Shown here piece after piece: positions 62,708 to 64,000 of a DNA stretch of 64,000 nucleotides. The notes under the pieces were generated by a model. That model was not told the origin of the DNA, searched no databases, and worked only from the letters and a program-made list of their open reading frames with translations. Source of the stretch: a virus. How positions within the stretch are numbered: the first letter of the stretch is position 1; every line of letters starts with the position of its first letter. The stretch lies in IMG/VR virus record IMGVR_UViG_3300045988_175656; one strand, 5' to 3'. The translations under genes and the position numbers were made by a program.

Positions 62708-63941
62708 ATTTGCATATTTGATTATGGTTAATGGAGAAGAAAACCGTAATAATAATAAATTTTATAAGATGACCGAACAATCTGATGGAACTATTGCTGT
62801 TGAATATGGTCGTGTAGATGCCACTAAACAAACAACTTCTTATCCAATAAGCAAATGGGATTCATTAATTAAGTCTAAGGTTAAAAAAGGGTATAAAGAT
62901 ATTACTGATTTAGTAGCTGTTGAGGAAGTAATTGAAAAAACTGCTGATGGTAAAGAAAAAGTAAATTATATATCTGATGATAATGAAGTTAGAAAATTAA
63001 TTGAACAACTTCAATCTTGGGCTAAAGCAACTATTCAACAGAATTATAAAGTGTCAACTAGTAAAGTGACACAGAAAATGGTTGATACTGCACAGGATTT
63101 GATTGATAAGTTGACTAAACAGTATAAAGATAATGAAGATTATAAAATACTGAATAAAACAATTCTTGAAATCTATACTACCATTCCTCGTAGAATGAGT
63201 GATGTTAAATCATATCTTCTTAAAAGTAATGATAAGAAAGAGATTGAATCATTAATTGATAATGAACAGAAATTGCTTGATACAATGGCAGGTCAAGTTT
63301 TGGCTAACAAAGCTGTTCAAGAGGATGAACAAAAGGAAGAAGTTACTAATAAACCAAATAGTTTATTGGAACAATTGGGGCTTGAAATCAAATATGTTGA
63401 AGATAAGGATGTTCTTTATAAAATATCAAAAATGATGGGGGATTCTTCTCATTTGATGGGTAAGGTTTATGAAGTTACAAACATAAAAACTGAAGAGAGA
63501 TATATAAAAACTTTTTATGCAGATAAAAACAGTAAAGAAGATTTGTTGTGGCATGGAAGCAGAAATCAGAATTGGTTTAATATTCTTCAAACAGGTTTAT
63601 TGATTAGACCTTCAGGTGCTATATATACAGGCTCAATGTTTTCTGATGGACTTTATTTCGCAAATAAAGCAAGAAAATCAATTGGTTATACATCATTATC
63701 AGGTTCTTATTGGGCAGGTGGAAACAATAGTAAAAGCTTACTCGCAATATTTAAAGTAAATGTAGGTAATCAAAAACACATTTATAAACATGATAGTAGT
63801 TGTTATAATATAACAGAAAAGAATTTGTTACCATATAATTCAGTATATGCTCATGGTGGTGCAGACCTTAGAAATGATGAATTTATTGTTTATAACCCAA
63901 ATAGGTGCACAATAAAATATTTGGTTGAAATAAGAAAGTAA
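62700..63941 (+). CDS. Poly(ADP-ribose) polymerase-like protein (WGR + helical regulatory region + PARP catalytic domain)
   Basis: WGR: NNKFYKMTEQSDGTIAVEYGRVDA...KGYKD. Catalytic: LLWHGSRNQNWFNILQTGLLIRPSG..YTGSMFSDGLYFANKARKSIGY and NDEFIVYNP. This almost matches human PARP1 [23 protein letters not shown]...GKGIYFAD...YNEYIVYD, so the H-Y-E triad is complete. Confidence 0.85.
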   Translation: MSRFAYLIMVNGEENRNNNKFYKMTEQSDGTIAVEYGRVDATKQTTSYPISKWDSLIKSKVKKGYKDITDLVAVEEVIEKTADGKEKVNYISDDNEVRKLIEQLQSWAKATIQQNYKVSTSKVTQKMVDTAQDLIDKLTKQYKDNEDYKILNKTILEIYTTIPRRMSDVKSYLLKSNDKKEIESLIDNEQKLLDTMAGQVLANKAVQEDEQKEEVTNKPNSLLEQLGLEIKYVEDKDVLYKISKMMGDSSHLMGKVYEVTNIKTEERYIKTFYADKNSKEDLLWHGSRNQNWFNILQTGLLIRPSGAIYTGSMFSDGLYFANKARKSIGYTSLSGSYWAGGNNSKSLLAIFKVNVGNQKHIYKHDSSCYNITEKNLLPYNSVYAHGGADLRNDEFIVYNPNRCTIKYLVEIRK

Positions 63942-63954
63942 CATATAACATAAA

Positions 63955-63988
63955 TTAACGAGAATCATTTGTGGTTCTCGTTTTTTAT
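63955..63988 (+). terminator. Rho-independent terminator
   Basis: ACGAGAA-tcatttgtgg-TTCTCGT followed by T6. Confidence 0.65.
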
Positions 63989-63991
63989 TTC

Positions 63992-64000
63992 TATATTTGC
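63992..64000 (+). promoter_or_regulatory. Early promoter box, cut by the window edge
   Basis: The window ends in CTATATTTGC. Confidence 0.4.

Noticed and set aside
61803-62775. The homing endonuclease as part of a group I intron interrupting the PARP gene.
   Set aside because: The sequences before and after the cassette are duplicates of the same N-terminal codons rather than consecutive exons. The upstream copy ends in an in-frame TAA. The downstream copy has its own ATG giving a complete WGR domain. I saw no intron-like paired elements. The arrangement fits a free-standing endonuclease with a target duplication.
1-64000. Stop-codon reassignment (TAG or TGA recoding), as in some gut Bacteroidota phages.
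   Set aside because: Standard-code translation already gives uninterrupted ORFs of up to 2193 aa in both early and late regions, with conserved motifs in frame. No gene appears fragmented by a recurrent stop codon. The single in-frame TAA at 42951 is isolated.
1-64000. tRNA genes, rRNA, CRISPR arrays, integrase or attachment sites.
   Set aside because: The intergenic gaps are short (mostly under 100 nt) and extremely AT-rich, with no cloverleaf-capable GC-containing stretch. I saw no direct-repeat/spacer periodicity and no tyrosine or serine recombinase motifs in any ORF.

Overview
This is an AT-rich window (about 30% GC by eye) that is almost entirely coding. I read it as part of a large tailed phage with a contractile-tail baseplate (gp25-like and baseplate-J-like genes). 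The host is probably a Bacteroidota species, because a TAnnTTTG-type promoter box occurs eight times and a fibre-like protein carries BACON-like repeats.

Layout:
- 1-8931: tail/baseplate genes. They include an OmpA-like peptidoglycan-binding domain, a LysM-like small protein, and a 2193-aa protein ending in M15-peptidase-like and SLT-like lysin domains.
- 8999-20590: DNA metabolism block. It holds a gp32-like SSB, thymidine kinase, RecA/UvsX-like recombinase, FEN 5'-3' exonuclease, DnaB-like helicase and class II RNR.
- 20688-43736: baseplate and fibre block. It holds gp25-like and J-like genes, proteins of 1994 aa and 2008 aa, and about 12 tandem BACON-like domains.
- 43766-50159: SbcD-like nuclease, GH108 endolysin, primase, RuvC-like resolvase and SbcC/Rad50-like ATPase.
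- 50187-58354: a sigma-70 family factor followed by about 17 mostly uncharacterised ORFs, including a cluster of membrane proteins.
- 58499-60555: an operon with a bona fide ClpP and a vWA protein.
- 61194-63941: an unknown ORF, a GIY-YIG homing endonuclease, and a eukaryote-type PARP (WGR plus H-Y-E catalytic domain).

Most notable observations:
- The homing endonuclease is flanked by a duplicated, decayed copy of the PARP 5' end.
- There are two promoter classes. One is a highly conserved early box of about 22 nt (host-type). The other is TTGACTTT-N-TATTTT, found only in front of late or membrane genes and plausibly read by the phage sigma factor.
- A single in-frame TAA and an A11 run lie inside the BACON fibre locus.
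- Two small ORFs share an identical MGCNCK start.

I saw no tRNA, rRNA or CRISPR array. All functional calls rest on motifs recognised by eye in the supplied translations. No database search was run.
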